Origin: Arcobacteraceae bacterium
GTDB lineage: Bacteria; Campylobacterota; Campylobacteria; Campylobacterales; Arcobacteraceae
Reading direction: 5' to 3'
DNA: 64,000 nucleotides
Assembly (NCBI GenBank): GCA_963662945.1
Contig: OY759974.1
Span: forward strand, 672,001 to 736,000
Numbering within the stretch: position 1 is the stretch's first letter; each line of letters begins with the position of its first letter. Shown here piece after piece: positions 1-10,792 of the stretch. The notes beneath the pieces are model-generated. The model worked only from the letters and a program-made list of their open reading frames with translations. It did not search any database and was not told the origin of the DNA. The position numbers and the translations under genes are program-made.

Positions 1-1174
1 TTTGAGATATATTCAAATTTTTAATATCAACTGCTGGATGATTTTTAAATATAATATTATTCTTATTATTTACACTTTCTAACATGTACTGTGTCTCATT
101 TAAAAAGTATGAACCTAAAATTAAAGTTTTTAAATTGTCTTGATTATGAATATTATGATTAGAGTACTTAAAAAGCTCTTTATATCGTAAAGAAACTCCT
201 TCAAGGTATTTGACTTTTTTTCTATCTAATAAATATTTTTTACCATTTACAAAAACATTATGATATGATGTTTTTTGTTCAAAATCTAAATCATCAACAA
301 AACTATTAAAGTATGTATCATAATTTAAAAAAAACTGACAACCATTAAGTTCTATCTTATTATTAAAAGTTCTAATACCATAATTAAAACTTCTTTCTAT
401 ACCTTGAAATTCACTCCAAGAATAAATTTTCTTAATTTTTTTTGATGCAATGTTTTTACCAAATAAATATCTAGTAAATGATTCTAATCCAATATTATCA
501 AAATTTTTTATTAATTCATTATTAAACAAGTAATCTTCTTCTAAACTTACTTTTTGTAATAACCTTAAAGTTTTAAAAGGATATTTTAATATCATCATAA
601 ACAATATTAATAAATCTTTTATCGATAATAATTCAAACTCAAATATATAATCTTTATTATCTGATTGCAGTACCTTTAATAATTTAATTAATTTAAATGG
701 ATTCTTTGAAATACCATATAATCTAGGTATATATACATATTTGATATTATATTTTTCTAAAATTAAATATAGTTCAAGGAAATAATAATCATCTTTATAT
801 TCATTTCTTGTAAGGATTTTATCAATAAAAAAAGGGATATCTATTCCTATATAATTAGCATATTCTTTAGACTCGTTTCCTTGACTATTTTTGAATTTAA
901 AAATACAATAAGAAAATACATATGTAAAATAATAATAAAATTGTTTAAAATAAAATTTAAATATATAAATAAAAAATATTTTAATATTATTCTCTTTTGT
1001 AAAATCTTTTAAAAAAAATTTTAATGGAAAGTAATGATTAAAAGGATTTTTGACTATAGTTGTATTAATAACACTATATATATCTACAGGCATAGAACTT
1101 TTAATTCTATTAATATAATTAAAATACATCTCTTTTCGTTTATTATAAGCATCTTTAATTTTTACAGAATTCAT
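1..1174 (-). CDS. Partial (runs off left edge) surface-carbohydrate biosynthesis protein, putative GT-B-fold transferase (LIC13510-like)
   Basis: Not in the ORF track. Hand translation: ATG at 1174 overlaps the upstream stop (ATGA) and the frame is open to the edge. MNSVKIKDAYNKRK...WSEFQGIER...GCQF...GVSLRY...IIFKNHPAVD. Confidence 0.7.
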   Translation of the reverse strand, partial: MNSVKIKDAYNKRKEMYFNYINRIKSSMPVDIYSVINTTIVKNPFNHYFPLKFFLKDFTKENNIKIFFIYIFKFYFKQFYYYFTYVFSYCIFKFKNSQGNESKEYANYIGIDIPFFIDKILTRNEYKDDYYFLELYLILEKYNIKYVYIPRLYGISKNPFKLIKLLKVLQSDNKDYIFEFELLSIKDLLILFMMILKYPFKTLRLLQKVSLEEDYLFNNELIKNFDNIGLESFTRYLFGKNIASKKIKKIYSWSEFQGIERSFNYGIRTFNNKIELNGCQFFLNYDTYFNSFVDDLDFEQKTSYHNVFVNGKKYLLDRKKVKYLEGVSLRYKELFKYSNHNIHNQDNLKTLILGSYFLNETQYMLESVNNKNNIIFKNHPAVDIKNLNISQ

Positions 1175-1785
1175 AAAATCAACTCATTAAAACTAGATAT
1201 ATAGTTGTAATCTATCAATGTTGGATTATTATATCCATAAAAAATAAGATTATTTAAATGAGCTGCTTTATAATCATTAATAGAGTCACCAATCAGTATA
1301 GTTTCATCTATATTATAACGATAATTCTCTAGAATATTTTTGATTAAAATCTCTTTTTTTGTTGGACTTCCATTGATAGATAAAAAATATTGTTCTATCT
1401 CAAAATACTTACATAAATCATTTAATTCATTATTTTCAGCACCTGAGACAATATGAAAATCATATTTTTTATAATTTTTTTTAATAAAAATCAAACTATC
1501 TTCAATTAGATTACTTGTATCATAAAGTTTTTTTTCAATAATTGTTGCAAAGTCGTCTGATAATTGCAAAATATTATCTTCTGAAATAGACACTTCTAAA
1601 ATGCTATTAAAAAAATACCTAATTTTTTCAAATCTTGATACTCCTCCATTTGCATAATGATATTTTTCTAACTTTTTAATATCTTTAGGTTCGTATTTTT
1701 TAAATAATTCTGCAAAACCATCTCCTTTAATTTTCATACTATCTAGTATTACTCCATCAAAGTCCCATAAAATTGTTTTAATCAT
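1171..1785 (-). CDS. HAD-superfamily hydrolase/phosphatase
   Basis: WDFDGVILD motif I and IGDSINDY motif IV; likely start at MIKTIL (1785). Confidence 0.85.
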   Translation of the reverse strand: MIKTILWDFDGVILDSMKIKGDGFAELFKKYEPKDIKKLEKYHYANGGVSRFEKIRYFFNSILEVSISEDNILQLSDDFATIIEKKLYDTSNLIEDSLIFIKKNYKKYDFHIVSGAENNELNDLCKYFEIEQYFLSINGSPTKKEILIKNILENYRYNIDETILIGDSINDYKAAHLNNLIFYGYNNPTLIDYNYISSFNELIL

Positions 1786-2440
1786 TTGCAAATCCCATTA
1801 CAGTACAAGGAAGACCGTCACATTTTGCAATTCTTAATGGTGCGATTATGACTCTATCAAAAATTGTATCTTTATCTATATTCCTTAAGTCCATATCCTC
1901 TAAGAGTAAAATCGGTTTAAGAGGATTTAAAAACCTTTTATGTGCTTCTCTCCCTAGTAATCTGTCTGTCAAACTAGATACTGAGATTGAATCAAATCCA
2001 AGCACTCTAACATTTGGAAAATTTTCTACTAAATAATCATAAATATTAGGATGAAAACCATAATTACTTTTCCAAAACTTTTCTTCATTTCTATTATTAC
2101 AAATATGTGTTTTCACTATAATTAATTCTATATTATCTGATTTAAAATTATTTAGTTTTTTAATTAATTCATCTTTTATAATAATATTCATAGGTTTTAA
2201 TTCAACTATTAAACAATGTTTAAATATCCAAAAATTATCGTCAAAATTTTCTATAGTTTGACCATTTTCATAAAAATGATATGGCATATCTATATGTGTA
2301 CCTATATGCACAGTAGTTTCAATAAAACTATCATTTGCTACATTACCTTTAAGAATACTACTTTTCTTAATTTTATTAAATTGACTTCGATTCCCATAAG
2401 TTGGTGTATTATAATCTAAAATATAAGATAAGAACTGCAT
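1778..2440 (-). CDS. Cyclase/kynurenine formamidase-like metal-dependent hydrolase
   Basis: HIGTHIDMPYH motif, GFDSIS and C-terminal APLRIAKCDGLPC. Confidence 0.85.
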   Translation of the reverse strand: MQFLSYILDYNTPTYGNRSQFNKIKKSSILKGNVANDSFIETTVHIGTHIDMPYHFYENGQTIENFDDNFWIFKHCLIVELKPMNIIIKDELIKKLNNFKSDNIELIIVKTHICNNRNEEKFWKSNYGFHPNIYDYLVENFPNVRVLGFDSISVSSLTDRLLGREAHKRFLNPLKPILLLEDMDLRNIDKDTIFDRVIIAPLRIAKCDGLPCTVMGFAND

Positions 2441-2444
2441 GCTA

Positions 2445-3329
2445 CTATGATTTATCTCTAATTTTGTATATTTCTTGAATACATTCTAATAAACCTTGAC
2501 CCAAGTCAATATAAGGATTTGCTACTAATTTTTTAGCAGTTGTCGGATGAAATGTGTATGGTGTAATTTTATAGTGTCCCATGTTATCATCAGAGATTTT
2601 TCTAATTTCTAATTTATTCCCCATTATTTCATTAATCATCGTAAGAAGTTCTATTCTCTTTAGTTTTTCAATTCCAGTTAAAATTATATGTTCATTTTCA
2701 TATTGTATATCTTCAATAATATCTACAGACAATTTAGCAGCATCTGCAGCATGTATGTATTCTCTTAAATCTTCTCCATCACCTTTATAATTAAGTTCTC
2801 CAGTATTAATTGCACTATTTAGTAAATTATATATATAATTATTGTGACTAGCCCTTTCTCCATAAAGAGAGCCATATCTTATTACAGTATAATTTAATCC
2901 ATATCGCTTATAATATTCTTCAGTAAGTTTTTCCGAACTCTGTTTACTAATACCATAAAAAGAACCTTCACTACTTAATGCATAAGCACTGCTTGCATAA
3001 ATAAATCGTTGAACATTTCCATTTTGCTTACAAGCTTCTAATATATTTAAATTTCCTACGACATTAATATTAAAAGTACCTATAGGATCATGTATAGCAT
3101 CATCAAGATTTGAAATTGCTACAAAATTATAAACAATATCTGCATTTTGAATAATATTTTTAATATTATCTATATCTAAAATATTGACTTTTTCAAACCT
3201 TTGATTTTGTTGTATATAACTTGATTTACAGATATCTGCAACGACAACAATATATCCTCTTCTAGTTAACTCATCAGCAACATAAGAACCTAAAAAACCA
3301 CTTCCACCAAATACTACAACATTTTTCAT
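2445..3329 (-). CDS. NAD-dependent epimerase/dehydratase (extended SDR)
   Basis: GGSGFLG, YGISK, RYGSLYG. Confidence 0.9.
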   Translation of the reverse strand: MKNVVVFGGSGFLGSYVADELTRRGYIVVVADICKSSYIQQNQRFEKVNILDIDNIKNIIQNADIVYNFVAISNLDDAIHDPIGTFNINVVGNLNILEACKQNGNVQRFIYASSAYALSSEGSFYGISKQSSEKLTEEYYKRYGLNYTVIRYGSLYGERASHNNYIYNLLNSAINTGELNYKGDGEDLREYIHAADAAKLSVDIIEDIQYENEHIILTGIEKLKRIELLTMINEIMGNKLEIRKISDDNMGHYKITPYTFHPTTAKKLVANPYIDLGQGLLECIQEIYKIRDKS

Positions 3330-4246
3330 CTTTTAAAATACTCCACTAAATGACTTATTGCACTTCTTCCCATAGCTTCTACAGCCTCTTTTGCATTTCC
3401 ACCTATATGAGGTGTACAAATAAGGTTAGGTAAAATCAGTAACTCTTTATCAGTTGGCGGTTCTTCAACATAAGCGTCAATAGCAGCTCCTGCTATTAGT
3501 TGATTTTGAAGAGCATATTTTAAATCACATTCATTTATTATTCCACCTCTAGCACTATTAATTATAAAAGCACTAGATTTCATTATCTTAAATATTTCTT
3601 TACTTACCAAATTATGTGTGCTAGAATCATATGGTGTATGTATTGTAACTATATCACTTTTTTGAAATATCTCTTCTTTACTAGACTCAACTAAAGCATT
3701 TTCTTCATAATATTTTTTCTGTTCAATAATATCATTTACTAAAATTGTACACCCAAATGGTTGGAGCAATCGTATGACTTCTTTTCCTATATGTCCCACT
3801 CCAATAATACCTATAGTTTTACCACTTAATTGAAATCCACCTGATTTGTCCCAAATACCATTTTTAAGTTTATTTGAGGTTAGAAACAAATTTCTACAAA
3901 GCATAAGCATATACCCTAGAGTCATCTCTGCAACTGAAAGTTTATTAACCCCACCAGTCCAACCAATCATTATATCTCGCTTTTTACAAGCTATTAAATC
4001 AATATTGTTAAGTCCTACACCGTATTTTGAAACTATTTTTAGATTTGAACAATTATCTAAAACTTCATTATCTATAGGTTCTAAACCTACTATAATACCA
4101 TCAGCATCTTTTATATAATCTATTAATTCAGTTTTATCAAACCGTTTACCATCTAAATTTAATATTGCATTTGGAAAATATTTATAAATTTCGTGTTGTA
4201 AAATTTTATTAGATGAAAAAGACGGAGAAGTAATAACAATCTTCAT
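3326..4246 (-). CDS. D-isomer-specific 2-hydroxyacid dehydrogenase (SerA-like, no ACT domain)
   Basis: GVGLNNID, GVGHIG, INSARGG, TPHIGG; 306 aa. Confidence 0.9.
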   Translation of the reverse strand: MKIVITSPSFSSNKILQHEIYKYFPNAILNLDGKRFDKTELIDYIKDADGIIVGLEPIDNEVLDNCSNLKIVSKYGVGLNNIDLIACKKRDIMIGWTGGVNKLSVAEMTLGYMLMLCRNLFLTSNKLKNGIWDKSGGFQLSGKTIGIIGVGHIGKEVIRLLQPFGCTILVNDIIEQKKYYEENALVESSKEEIFQKSDIVTIHTPYDSSTHNLVSKEIFKIMKSSAFIINSARGGIINECDLKYALQNQLIAGAAIDAYVEEPPTDKELLILPNLICTPHIGGNAKEAVEAMGRSAISHLVEYFKR

Positions 4247-4257
4247 AGTTTTTCCTT

Positions 4258-4857
4258 TTAAGTTAATAATTTTTTAAATTTTTCAAAACTTGAAAAAGCA
4301 TTGAGATCGACTAATTCTTGTATTCTTTCCCTATCAAAATTCCACCATTTCAGATTTAATAACCATTCAATCTCTTTTTGTGAATATCGATATCTTAATA
4401 TCTTTGCTGGATTTCCAACAACAATAGCATAAGGTGGAACATCTTTTGTTACAACAGAGCCTGCACCAATAATTGCTCCACTACTAATAGTAACTCCTTT
4501 TAAAATTACTGAATTAGCCCCAATCCATACATCATTACCAATATTTGTTTCGATACTATCTTTATTATAGTTTTTATATCCTTTAACAAAATGGCCAGAA
4601 TGTTCATACAAATAAAAAGAATGTGTTGAAACTTCTGTATTATGTTCCCAAAGCCCTATATAACAGCCATTCGCTATAGATACAAATTTTCCTATATTTG
4701 TTTTATTTACTATACTGTGTTGTGACACATAACTATATTCACCAAGGGAACTTTCTCTAACCTCAGCATAATCTTTTACCCTAGCATAAATTTTTAATAT
4801 TGAATTTGAAACTTTTGCTGTTGGTGAAATATCACAAAATTTCTCAATCGTATTCAT
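4258..4857 (-). CDS. CatB/Vat-like hexapeptide-repeat O-acetyltransferase
   Basis: IGNDVWIG...[31 protein letters not shown]. Confidence 0.9.
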   Translation of the reverse strand: MNTIEKFCDISPTAKVSNSILKIYARVKDYAEVRESSLGEYSYVSQHSIVNKTNIGKFVSIANGCYIGLWEHNTEVSTHSFYLYEHSGHFVKGYKNYNKDSIETNIGNDVWIGANSVILKGVTISSGAIIGAGSVVTKDVPPYAIVVGNPAKILRYRYSQKEIEWLLNLKWWNFDRERIQELVDLNAFSSFEKFKKLLT

Positions 4858-5779
4858 TAAAAATCCAATCTATCATTTTTTTTAAACCAACTTCAAAAGG
4901 AATTAGTTTTTTATCGTATAGAGATAATAATCTATCATTATTAGCATAAATACCAAACTGATCTCCTGGTGTACCTACTGTTATTTCTATCTCTTTTGTA
5001 GATTTTGTATATTCTTTAATCAGTCGTAAAATAGTGCTTACAGTTGTTTTTTTACCAGTACCTACATTGATAATTTGATTATTATATCGATTATTATTCA
5101 TAGAATCTATTGTAATATTCACTATATCATCAATATAAATTAAATCTCTAAATCTGTTAACATCTCCTTTTACAATAACCTTTTCAAACTTATCATCTAA
5201 AAATTGTTTTAAATAGATACTTACCATACCTTGTTTAAGATTTTCAAGATTCTGTCCAGGACCATAAACATTAAAATATCGTAAAGCGACATAATTTATA
5301 TTAAATTGTTGTAAAAAAATATTCATATACTTTTCACTTGCTAACTTGCCAACAGCATAAAACGATTTGGGATTTGTTTCATTTTCTTCATGAAATTGTT
5401 CTTTATTTTCTTGTTCACCATAAACAGACATAGTACTCGCGTAAACAAATTTTTTACAACCCGTTTTAACACAATATTGTAAAAGCTTCAAAGTTGATAA
5501 TGTATTTGTATTTAAATCATATTCAGGGTCTTCAAAACTTATTTCTCCAGAACTTTGTCCTCCAATATGATATATTCCATCAAATTGTATATCTTGAAGT
5601 TGTGCAATAACAACATCGTCACTAAAATCACCTTTGATAAAATGGGCATCTGAAGGTATATTTTCCAGATACCCTGTCATCAAATTATCTATAATATAGA
5701 TTGTATGACCTTCCTCTAAAAGTTTTTTTGCTATAGCACACCCAATAAATCCTGCTCCACCCGTTACTAAATAATTCAT
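4844..5779 (-). CDS. NAD-dependent epimerase/dehydratase
   Basis: [24 protein letters not shown]. Confidence 0.9.
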   Translation of the reverse strand: MNYLVTGGAGFIGCAIAKKLLEEGHTIYIIDNLMTGYLENIPSDAHFIKGDFSDDVVIAQLQDIQFDGIYHIGGQSSGEISFEDPEYDLNTNTLSTLKLLQYCVKTGCKKFVYASTMSVYGEQENKEQFHEENETNPKSFYAVGKLASEKYMNIFLQQFNINYVALRYFNVYGPGQNLENLKQGMVSIYLKQFLDDKFEKVIVKGDVNRFRDLIYIDDIVNITIDSMNNNRYNNQIINVGTGKKTTVSTILRLIKEYTKSTKEIEITVGTPGDQFGIYANNDRLLSLYDKKLIPFEVGLKKMIDWIFNEYD

Positions 5780-6633
5780 TATACTCTTTCAAATATATAA
5801 TTAAATTGTGTAGAAAACTCACTTTTTTCAAACATCTCTGCATGTTTTTTTGATTTTAATTTAAGTCCTCTAGCTTCTAAAAAAGTAATTAATTCTTCTG
5901 TTCTTTTTTCTGTTTCATCAAGTTCTACAAGTAAGCCTTTAATATTACTATCATATAAAGTTTCAGATGCACCATAAATTATCTTATCTTCTATACTATC
6001 TACATCAATTTTTATATAATTTGGAACTTTAAATGCGTATTTTTTAATAATTTCATCTATTGAATATGAAAACATTCCTTGTTTAAATACTACTTCTCGT
6101 GTACATTGACCAGCATGAACACTTTGAATATCATTTACATTAAATTCATTTAAAGCCCCACCAAGATCAGTACTTGTCATATTTAAGTATCCAAACTCAT
6201 TTTTATCAGAAACGGCAATTGGAAATAAAAATACATTATTTTTTAAATTATTAACTTCAATATTTTTTGATATAAAAAAGGTATTTAAAGCTGATGGTTC
6301 AAAAGCAAATACTTCCATGCCCTTTTTACCTGCGTATATAGAATAAAGTCCTACATTTGCTCCTATATCCCATAAAATATCCTCGGAAGTCATATTATCA
6401 ATCCATTCAATTGTTTCAGGTTCTTTTATAAATAACGTTTGTGAACGCCATAGAGGTAACCATCCTAAACAATAATATTTTATTGTACCATACACCGTTT
6501 TTATTTCATCTATTATAATAAGCTTTTCTGCACTCTCCACAGAAAATCTTTTCCCTATATATCCTGGTATTAATTTAGGAATATATGTATATAAAACTTT
6601 AATTCCTTCAAATATATTTCTTTTTATAGACAT
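5779..6633 (-). CDS. FkbM-family methyltransferase
   Basis: WDIGANVGLYS, FEP, IKIDVD. Confidence 0.9.
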   Translation of the reverse strand: MSIKRNIFEGIKVLYTYIPKLIPGYIGKRFSVESAEKLIIIDEIKTVYGTIKYYCLGWLPLWRSQTLFIKEPETIEWIDNMTSEDILWDIGANVGLYSIYAGKKGMEVFAFEPSALNTFFISKNIEVNNLKNNVFLFPIAVSDKNEFGYLNMTSTDLGGALNEFNVNDIQSVHAGQCTREVVFKQGMFSYSIDEIIKKYAFKVPNYIKIDVDSIEDKIIYGASETLYDSNIKGLLVELDETEKRTEELITFLEARGLKLKSKKHAEMFEKSEFSTQFNYIFERV

Positions 6634-7424
6634 TTATATCCTTTATTGTATAATAAATCTACCTTCATCATTTCACAAACCTTATCTAAATCTTCTTGTG
6701 TATCTACTGCTTTAGTTACAAAACTAGTAGGCACCATCTTAACCTTCATGCCATTTTCTATAATTCTCATCATATCAACAGATTCAATTATCTCTAAAGG
6801 TGTTGGTTCCATCTCATTATATTCAAGTAAAAAATCTCTTGTAAACGGTATCACACATACTTGTTTTTTCATTGGCACATCAAGTACACCTTTTTTTCTA
6901 CTTGGAATTGGTTCTCGACTAAAATAAATTGCATTGTTAAATTTGTCCATTACTACTTTAACTTCATTTGGATTTTCAAATGATTCTATTGAATCTAAAT
7001 CAGCTACAAGATTTGTAATAATAACCTCTTTATCTTCAAGCATTGGTTGTACTGCTTCATCTATCATTTCTGGGAAAGTCAATGGTTCATCACCTTGAAC
7101 CATAACCATAATATCACATTTATTACCGGTATCACTTTCAATTTTCAACATCGCTTCTGCACATCTATCACTACATCTTTCATGGCAATCACTCGTCATG
7201 ACAGCTTTTCCACCTATTGACTCTATATAATCAAAAATCTCTTTATCACAAGTTGCAACATAAACTTCACTAAGAGTTTTACTCATTTTCACTCGTTTAT
7301 ATACATGTCCTATCATTGGAGTTCCTAATATATCTTTCATAGGTTTACCAGGAAATCTACTTGAACCCATCCTTGCTGGAATTATCGATATAATATTGTA
7401 CTCATTCTTGCGTGATTTCATCAT
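6624..7424 (-). CDS. KdsB-family ulosonate cytidylyltransferase
   Basis: IIPARMGSSRFPGKP, VQGDEP, AIYFSREPIP, ESVDMMR. Locus-specific paralog; the substrate is not necessarily Kdo. Confidence 0.85.
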   Translation of the reverse strand: MMKSRKNEYNIISIIPARMGSSRFPGKPMKDILGTPMIGHVYKRVKMSKTLSEVYVATCDKEIFDYIESIGGKAVMTSDCHERCSDRCAEAMLKIESDTGNKCDIMVMVQGDEPLTFPEMIDEAVQPMLEDKEVIITNLVADLDSIESFENPNEVKVVMDKFNNAIYFSREPIPSRKKGVLDVPMKKQVCVIPFTRDFLLEYNEMEPTPLEIIESVDMMRIIENGMKVKMVPTSFVTKAVDTQEDLDKVCEMMKVDLLYNKGYKCL

Positions 7425-8188
7425 TGTTTTAAATCCTCTTTTATTTTATTCATTCCACTCATAGCAGCATCTCTCATAAAAAAATAATCTATACCATATG
7501 CTAAAAAAGTACATCCTTGCTCTATTTTCATTTGTAACTTTTCAGGATTTGTATCTACTACATGAAATCCTGATGGCATATCATATTCTTTACATTTATC
7601 TAAAACTGTTTGAACAGCATCTTTTACATCATCTCTTTCAAATTCTCCAGGATATCCCATAGAACCTGACAAATCGTATGGTCCAATTATAGTTCCATCT
7701 ATACCATCAACTTGTAATATTTCATCAATATTATTAACTGCTTCAATATGCTCTATTTGTGCAATAATAACAAGCTCTTCATTAACCCATTTTTTATATT
7801 CTTCAAATTTAGTTCCATATCCAGAAGCTCTATAAAGACCAACTCCTCTTTTACCTTCTGGTGGATATTTTGCATAATTTACTGCTTGTATTGCATCCTC
7901 TTTTGAACATACCATTGGCACTATAATACCATCTGCACCCATATCAAGGATTCTTTTGATAATAACCTCTTCATTTTTACTTACTCTAACTAATGCTCTC
8001 ATACTATTTGATTGAATTGTAGTGATTAAGATTTGCGTAGTTTCTAAATCTATAGAGGTATGTTCTATATCAATAACAAGCCATTCAAAGCCAGCAAGTG
8101 CCATAACCTCTACACTCATAGAGTTTCCCATCATTATCCAACTACCTATAGTTAATTGATTATTTTTAAGCTTATTTTTTAGTGACAC
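7421..8188 (-). CDS. HpcH/HpaI class II pyruvate aldolase
   Basis: DIEH, KYPPEGKRGVG, AQIEH, IGPYDLS; probable GTG start at 8188 after a GAGG RBS. Confidence 0.88.
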   Translation of the reverse strand: MSLKNKLKNNQLTIGSWIMMGNSMSVEVMALAGFEWLVIDIEHTSIDLETTQILITTIQSNSMRALVRVSKNEEVIIKRILDMGADGIIVPMVCSKEDAIQAVNYAKYPPEGKRGVGLYRASGYGTKFEEYKKWVNEELVIIAQIEHIEAVNNIDEILQVDGIDGTIIGPYDLSGSMGYPGEFERDDVKDAVQTVLDKCKEYDMPSGFHVVDTNPEKLQMKIEQGCTFLAYGIDYFFMRDAAMSGMNKIKEDLKQ

Positions 8189-9659
8189 TGTCTTTTTCCT
8201 CAATATTATCTAGAATTATTTGATATGGATTGTCTGATATAGCCCCATAAATATGTTGTTTTTCTTTAAAATAATTATCTATTTCTTCACTATCCTCTAA
8301 TAAAGTCAATATTTTATTTTTAAACACCTCATAATTATTCTTTACAATAACACCTATTTCATCTTCTTGTGATATTAAAAAATTAAAATTCTCAAAATTA
8401 CAACATAATACTCTTTTTCCAAGAGATATAGCTTCTACACCCATTGTTGTGACTACAAAGATTGTAACTTTACTATCCAATATTGCCTCATAAGAGTTTT
8501 TATGTAAAATATCATCAAATATTATATTAGAATTATTTAATATCATATCTCTTTTTTCTAAAAAGATAGCTTGTCCTTTTGGATATTCATTCCTTTTTAT
8601 TCTATAAATAATTTTAAGATGAGGAAAATCCAATGAAAATTTTGCTAATAATTCAAGAGATTCAAAATAACTTTTTGCATGCAAGTAAAGAGGATCCTTT
8701 TGATTTAAAATATTTTGATTCCAAAATGGTGTTTCTAAAAATACAATGTCGAAATTATTAAGTTGCGTTTTTTCAATATTTGAAATTGCATCATATAATC
8801 TTAAAGAACATATTTCTATAACCCCATCATATGCCTTAAGTCCTGGGCAGCCAGTTTTTATATGACTATCAAATCTAAAATATTTATCACAAGTGATGTA
8901 AAAACTAGATAAATACTCTTCAGGCCTCATAGAAGTTTGTATTAAATAAATATTTTTTATTCCATGTTTTTTATAAATATAATACATCATTGAATCATAG
9001 TAATTATCACCTGCACTAATCAAATATTTTATCTCAATAACATTTTGTACTCTTAAAGTATATAAAGAATAATGATAAAATACTTTACCAAATAAATATA
9101 AAAAATTAATCTTACTTTGAAAAGTCAATTGAACAATTTTAATATAATTAATAATAATTTTTTTAAGCAATTCTATAGATTCTTCTTTGTTTATAAAAAA
9201 ACTATTTTTTATATAACCTAAATTGTATTTTTTTAGTAAATTCTTATCATTATTTTTTGTTAAATATGGTTTGAAGTATCCAAGTTTATACTTAGATAAT
9301 TTAGAAATAAGATTTTTATAAAAACGGTCAAATGTGATAAAATTTGCTTCTTCTAGCAAACTCCAACCTTCAAAAACAATATCATATTTGATTGTGGCTA
9401 AGTTTTTTTTCAACTTTCCAAAAATCAAACTTAGGAACAAATAAACTAAAATAGGGATAACTAAAAAAATAGAAACTACCATAATTTTGAAACTGTAAAT
9501 ATCAATTCTTGCTTTTTTCGTTACTGTGCTTACAGACATTCTTTTCATAAACACATTTATTATATCTTCCGGTATATCAAATACATTGTGAACGATATCT
9601 TTAAATTGCTTATACTCAATACTATTGTTATAATATCTTTCTACTTGATCATATATCAT
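8172..9659 (-). CDS. Hypothetical polysaccharide-biosynthesis protein (possible GT-B transferase)
   Basis: 495-aa ORF; C-terminal SYEAILDSKVTIFVVTTMGVEAISLGKRVL resembles GT-B nucleotide-binding segments; glycan-locus context. Confidence 0.5.
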   Translation of the reverse strand: MIYDQVERYYNNSIEYKQFKDIVHNVFDIPEDIINVFMKRMSVSTVTKKARIDIYSFKIMVVSIFLVIPILVYLFLSLIFGKLKKNLATIKYDIVFEGWSLLEEANFITFDRFYKNLISKLSKYKLGYFKPYLTKNNDKNLLKKYNLGYIKNSFFINKEESIELLKKIIINYIKIVQLTFQSKINFLYLFGKVFYHYSLYTLRVQNVIEIKYLISAGDNYYDSMMYYIYKKHGIKNIYLIQTSMRPEEYLSSFYITCDKYFRFDSHIKTGCPGLKAYDGVIEICSLRLYDAISNIEKTQLNNFDIVFLETPFWNQNILNQKDPLYLHAKSYFESLELLAKFSLDFPHLKIIYRIKRNEYPKGQAIFLEKRDMILNNSNIIFDDILHKNSYEAILDSKVTIFVVTTMGVEAISLGKRVLCCNFENFNFLISQEDEIGVIVKNNYEVFKNKILTLLEDSEEIDNYFKEKQHIYGAISDNPYQIILDNIEEKDSVTKK

Positions 9660-9802
9660 TAATTATACCTTATTCAAAAAAGTTGCTTAACTATCTTAAA
9701 ACTGTATTGTAAAAATTTTATCTAAACTATGCAATACTAAAAATTCCACTTTCTGCTTTTCAATTCAAATTTTAAATGCATATTGTAGATTATTGAATAG
9801 TA

Positions 9803-10792
9803 CTAAGCCATTTGTTTCATAGCAACAACAACAATGTTACCTGCTTGTTTTGTATCTATAAGATATTCTTCAAGCATTGTTGCAAATTTTTCATCAAAAA
9901 GTTTTTCTTTTAAATATAAACCTATATTTAGATCATTAATTTCATTATTTGTGATTAGTTTTTTTACATAACTAATATCAAGTGATCCATTCAAAGTATA
10001 ACTATCTACAAACTTCATTGCATTATTATTTAATAATATTTTAATATTATTTTCATTCATAAGATTTACATGCCCTGGTGGTAATATTTGCACATGCTTT
10101 TCTTTTGCTATTTCCCACTCAAAACTATTTGTATTTGGTGTTGAAAATATGAATATACCATCATCTTCAAGTAAATCATATATCTTTTTTAATAATAAGT
10201 TTTGATCAACTATATGTTCTAAAGTATCCCACATAGAGATTATGTCATATTTATTTTCGGAATTAATATTTAAAAAATTATCATTTATTACTTCATATTT
10301 TGGATATTTATTTGTTAATTCACTACAAGCTTCTTTACTCATATCACAACATGTAATATCAAAATTTACATTACTTTGGTTTAATGCTTCTATAAATATA
10401 CCTATTGCTGAACCAATATCAAGTAATTTACCATTTTTTTTATATTTTTTAATTAATTCTACTCTTGGTTTAAAAAGTTCAACACGATTATCGAATGATT
10501 CTCTGAAAAACTCATTCTCAAAAGATTTCATTTCACTATTATAATATTTATATAACTGTTCATCATTTGGGTAAGGATTACAAAACAATAATTTACAACT
10601 TTTACAAATACTAACATTAAACTTAAATGCCTCTACATAATCATCAACTTCTCTAGAGTTACAAACAGGACAAACATCTAATTTTAAATTGTTATTATCT
10701 ATTAGAGATACTTCATCATTAATCTTGCTCATCATCTCTTTAAGCATTTGTTGTTTTTTTTCAGTATGTATTTTGTCAAATGTTATTTTCAT
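9803..10792 (-). CDS. Class I SAM methyltransferase with N-terminal Zn-ribbon
   Basis: CPVC...CKSC, LLDIGSAIG, WDTLEH, FSTPN. Confidence 0.85.
   Translation of the reverse strand: MKITFDKIHTEKKQQMLKEMMSKINDEVSLIDNNNLKLDVCPVCNSREVDDYVEAFKFNVSICKSCKLLFCNPYPNDEQLYKYYNSEMKSFENEFFRESFDNRVELFKPRVELIKKYKKNGKLLDIGSAIGIFIEALNQSNVNFDITCCDMSKEACSELTNKYPKYEVINDNFLNINSENKYDIISMWDTLEHIVDQNLLLKKIYDLLEDDGIFIFSTPNTNSFEWEIAKEKHVQILPPGHVNLMNENNIKILLNNNAMKFVDSYTLNGSLDISYVKKLITNNEINDLNIGLYLKEKLFDEKFATMLEEYLIDTKQAGNIVVVAMKQMA

Noticed and set aside
3326-4246. Housekeeping serA
   Set aside because: Short, lacks regulatory domains and is embedded in the glycan operon.
4258-4857. Chloramphenicol/streptogramin resistance gene (catB/vat)
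   Set aside because: Same fold, but it overlaps glycan genes in the operon; a sugar O-acetyltransferase is more parsimonious.
9660-9802. Possible gene remnant (KAESGIFSIA, flippase-like) in a 143-nt gap
   Set aside because: Too short to support by eye; it could simply be promoter DNA.
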